Shown piece by piece: positions 60,290-64,000 of a DNA stretch of 64,000 nt. This DNA comes from Takakia lepidozioides. Its lineage: Eukaryota > Plantae > Bryophyta. Numbering within the stretch: the stretch's first letter is position 1; the number at the start of each line of letters is the position of its first letter. The notes under the pieces were generated by a model. That model saw only the letters and a program-made list of their open reading frames with translations, searched no databases and was not told the DNA's origin. A program made the translations under genes and the position numbers. The stretch spans positions 89,156,001-89,220,000 of the forward strand of contig CM060731.1 of the NCBI GenBank assembly GCA_030704615.1, read 5' to 3'.

Positions 60290-61790
60290 CATGGACAAGT
60301 GTCAGTATGAAAGCTCATTTTATTTTTTCACGGCCTCTACAGAAGCATTGCGTAAATGAGCTTCATGATGACCATCTGTTTTTTTTCCCACTTCTTCTTG
60401 AATAACAGGCACCTGAACAAGTTTCACAATGACAGCTCATTTGTTTTCCACGTCCTCTATACAAACAAACCCTAAATAAGCATTCATGATGACCATATGT
60501 TTTTTTTTTCACCTCTTCTTCAATAACAGAAACCTGAACAAGTTTGACAATGATAGAGCTCAAGTTTTTTTTTCACCTCTTCTTCACAAACAAACCCTAA
60601 TTTATTCATGATGACATCTGATTTTTTATTCACCTCTTTTTCATCAACAGAAACCTGAACAAGATCGACAATGATAGAGCTCAATTTTTTTCACCTCTTC
60701 TTCACAAACAAACCCTAAATAACCATTCATGATGACCATCTGGTTTTTTTTCACCTCTTCTTCAATAACAGAAACCTGAAGAAGTTTGACAATGGTAGAG
60801 CTCAAGTTTTTTTTTCATCTCTTCTTCACAAACAATCCCTAATTTATTCCCTAAATAAGCATTCATGATGACCATCTGGTTTTTTTTTCACCTCTTCTTC
60901 AATAACAGAAACCTGAAGAAGTTTGACAATGATAGAGCTCAACTTTTTTTTTCACCTCTTCTTCACAAACAAACCCTAAATAAGCATTCATGATGACCAT
61001 CTAATATTTTTTCACCTCTTCTTCAATAACAGAAACCTTGACAAGTTTGGGAATGAGAGCTCAATTTCTTTTCACAAACAAACCCTAAATAAACATTCAT
61101 AATGACCATCTGATTTCTTTTTTCACCTCTTCTTCAATAACAGAAACCTGAACAAGTTTGACAATGATAGAGCTTAACTTTTTTTTTCACATCTTCTTCA
61201 CAAACAAACCCTATATAAGCATTCATGATGACCATCTGATTTTTTTTCACCTCTTCTTCAATAACAGAATCCTAAACAAGTTTCACAAGGATAGCTCAAT
61301 GTTTTTTTTACCTCTTCTTCACAAACACACCCTAAATAAGCAATCACAATGACCACGTGTTTTTTTTTCACCTCATCTTCAATAACACAAACCTGAACAA
61401 GTTCCACAATAAACCGCTCATTTTGTTACACATCTTCTTCACAAACAAAGCCTAAATAAGCTTGAAGATGACCATATGTTTAATTTTCACCTCATCTACA
61501 TTAACAAAAACCATTGCCTGTTTCACAATGAGGGGTCATATTTTGGGGCTTGTTCTTGCCCATCCTCATTATTTTTAACCTCTCCTTCAATATTTCATCC
61601 ATCCATCATCCATCCACCATGGATGAAATACTGGAAACGTCAGATAGCTTGACAATGAGCATCCAAACTTTTCTTGCCTCTTGTTCATGCAAGAATCCCT
61701 AAATAAGATTCATGATGACTCACCCAGCCTTTTTTTTTCACCTCTTCTTCAATAAGAAAACCTCAGTAAGTTTCACAATGACCATTCCAT
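60290..61790. repeat. Tandem repeat, ~60-bp monomers alternating in a ~118-bp dimer
   Basis: Alternating T(n)CACCTCTTCTTCAATAACAGAAACCTGAACAAGTTTGACAATGATAGAGCTCAA and T(n)CACCTCTTCTTCACAAACAAACCCTAAATAAGCATTCATGATGACCATCTG units; edges degenerate. Confidence 0.95.
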
Positions 61791-62045
61791 TCTTTCTATA
61801 ATTCTTTTTTTAAGCGCTATAACTGCTTCCACGACAATAGGACCCTCTCTAAACAGAGGACTCAGGTATGGGGCCTGCTTCTTCCTCCACTAAACCCCTG
61901 GGCTCACGCTTAGAGGGCAAAGCGTGAGCCTCTAAGCGTGAGTCGAGCTCTTGGGCTCACGCGGCTAGGCTCACGCCGTAGCTGCACTCCATGATCTCTC
62001 CCTCTCTCTGTCCCTCTCTATCCATCTGCCCCTCTCTCCCTCTCC

Positions 62046-62077
<32 letters not shown>

Positions 62078-62137
62078 TGGTGTTCACAAAAGTAAACAAA
62101 CCACAAGGGAGAGAGGGTGCAGAAAAAGTTAAAAAGA

Positions 62138-62853
62138 TTGTTCTCTTAAGACGTTGTTTGCCGTAGCCATGTGGCCATGGACCCCGCGCCCAGTTTGAGC
62201 GGAAACAAAAGGGACAGAACATGCCTCTGTCAGGGGCTGACGTTGGTAGTAAGACTTATCTTCATATATAGAATTAATCTGGGTTTTCCAGATATCCTCT
62301 AGAAATCCCTTCACACAAGCATCAAACTGTTGTGTGTGATTTGCCCAATAACTAGGCCTGAGGAGGGCCTGGGCTTTTGGCTCAGCCTTGAGACTTTCAA
62401 AGTTGGTAAACAGATGTACAAGCACAATTCCCTTGATAGATTTGAAGAGAGCGTCTCTTTGGTGAGAGAACCCTGGACAGTGTATCAGAAAATGAGTACT
62501 GTCTTCAGATTGCCCACACAACGGGCAATTGCACTCTCCCTTTCCTCTTTGCTTCTGTTTGCTGTTCAAAGGTAGGCTTCCTGCCCTAAGTTTAAATTTC
62601 AGTCTAGTGCCGAGAGTGGGTAGACCCTTGAGGTCATCCAAGATGTCCTCCCCCATGTCACTGACTGGAAACAAGTTCAGGGAAGTTTTTTGCCTAACTT
62701 CATTTTCATCAGACAATCTCATGGCAACAGACATGGCTTTGGACACTACAGCCTCTAAGTCAGATTTATCAACCCATATTGCAGATCCGTACTCCAAGGC
62801 AGGTCTAATAATGCGACAAAGCATGGTTTTCTTAATCTCAGAGTTGACCCCTC
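62138..62853 (-). mobile_element. 5'-truncated RTE/RTEX-like LINE 3' fragment
   Basis: Nearly identical to ~29170..30120, with an internal deletion at GATAA microhomology; TSD TGCAGAAAAAGTTAAAAAGA (62118-62137, 62854-62873). Confidence 0.92.
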
Positions 62854-64000
62854 TGCAGAAAAAGTTAAAAAGAGAGAGGGAAGATATTCACGTTATGTCA
62901 AGACATGGACAAGACCCATAAGGGTCATTGTCAATTAAAGACATAAACAGCCCTGGATAGGGCATTATCTCACATTTCCAGTCTTGTCAAATCATCCCAA
63001 AAGACACCACCCAATCATCCAAGACAAAACAGGGTGGGAGGGCAGGGTTTGTTCTTGTGTGGGACAAGATAAGATATTGTTGTCCCTGTGCATGCTGCAA
63101 GGCCTCTTAGTTCAGCCTGTACATATACCAGCAGCTTACCAATTCAGCCATTAATTATGGCAGGTCATGCATCAGCCAAGGCATAAGGACCAGCCTGCAT
63201 TTTGTCAGAATCTCACTATCCCACCAAGCAGTCCAACTTGAGCCAGATGAAGTAGATTCCATATCATTTGTATTCACCCCGAGACATGTGATCATACAAG
63301 GTATCAAGGGAATGTGAATGCAGCCTGTTAGATTGCAGGTTCAAGACTTGTACCAACAAACAACATGAACAGCCGAGATCCATCCTCTTTTGTATAAAAA
63401 AACAGATGGTAGGTCATAGGCCTGATGTCATGACAGATCCAAAACAATAGGTAGGATTCCATTGCAGCTTACCATCCTCATCCTTCAAGAGTTCCATGCT
63501 AAGACATGCAAAGAACACCTTACTACGATCTAGTACACATCAGAAGTAGGCCTGACAAGGAGCAGGGCAGTACCCTACCAGGCTACCGCCTTAAACTTCA
63601 AGGCCATCAGATCCATAGTTACCCAAAACCGCCAAAAACATACCACCAAAAACCAGATCCTCTTTGGCCAAAATAACTTACAACCTAGCTTAGTAATCCA
63701 CAGGCTTTGCTGTCAAAGATTAAAAGGTAGGGTATGGTTTGTATGCAAGCCTCAGGAAACAAGCCCGTCAGGCCAAGCTGCGCATCGGCGGTAGAACGAC
63801 AAAGGCCAGAACGCAGGCTGGAGCATATCAAGTCAAGGGCAGTTGTGTTGAAATCGGGGCTGCAGCCTGCATCCACCTCACAGCGCGCACAACCCTAGGT
63901 CTCCTCAGCCCATATCCCAATCTGCATGCTCAAGAAACTTCAAAGTAGGTGAGGATCCTCACCTGGTCCCATCACAAGCCCCCACAAAAACCAACAGGTT

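Larger units (their letters stand above)
53979..62100. mobile_element. CACTA-ended DNA transposon B (left end present; internally deleted; right end not found)
   Basis: Starts CACTACAGGAAAA at 53979, followed by ~600 bp of GTCGC/GCGAC subterminal repeats; carries TnpA-like, MTase-like and SWIM-gene remnants. The right boundary is an estimate from shared internal motifs. Confidence 0.7.

Noticed and set aside
60290-61790. CRISPR-like array
   Set aside because: No unique spacers, eukaryotic context and no cas genes; it is a dimeric tandem repeat.
63100-63965. Minus-strand exon-like segments with GT/AG boundaries
   Set aside because: In-frame stops and no recognisable protein; possibly a pseudogene continuing outside the window.

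Overview
Repeat-rich eukaryotic DNA, most likely from a non-seed land plant (inferred from PLS-type PPR fragments, a plant-type AP-5 zeta gene and the TE families). All coordinates were read by eye. One host gene looks intact: a 16-exon AP-5 complex subunit zeta-1 homologue on the minus strand (47978..24879). Its 12.3-kb last intron is almost entirely a nested TE stack: a Gypsy element with an internal inversion, two MITEs, RTE/RTEX-like LINEs and a tiny structured retroposon. The left 23 kb is a three-layer nest. A Gypsy element carrying the C-terminal half of a C5 DNA methyltransferase upstream of RT and a PHD finger after integrase is cut by a large DNA transposon. That transposon ends in a CACTA-like terminus but encodes a GCM-like/MULE-type DDE/SWIM protein, and it contains two inverted full-length Galadriel-like chromoviruses. 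From 53979 a second CACTA-ended element carries a TnpA-like gene, a degenerate N6-adenine/N4-cytosine methyltransferase-like gene and a fragment of the same SWIM-bearing gene family. The most notable signals are two unrelated transposon-borne DNA methyltransferases, the CACTA/MULE-GCM hybrid architecture, and an ~80-nt tetraloop-rich element inserted twice with target-site duplications. Nearly all TE ORFs are disrupted; some 1-bp homopolymer indels may be sequencing errors.
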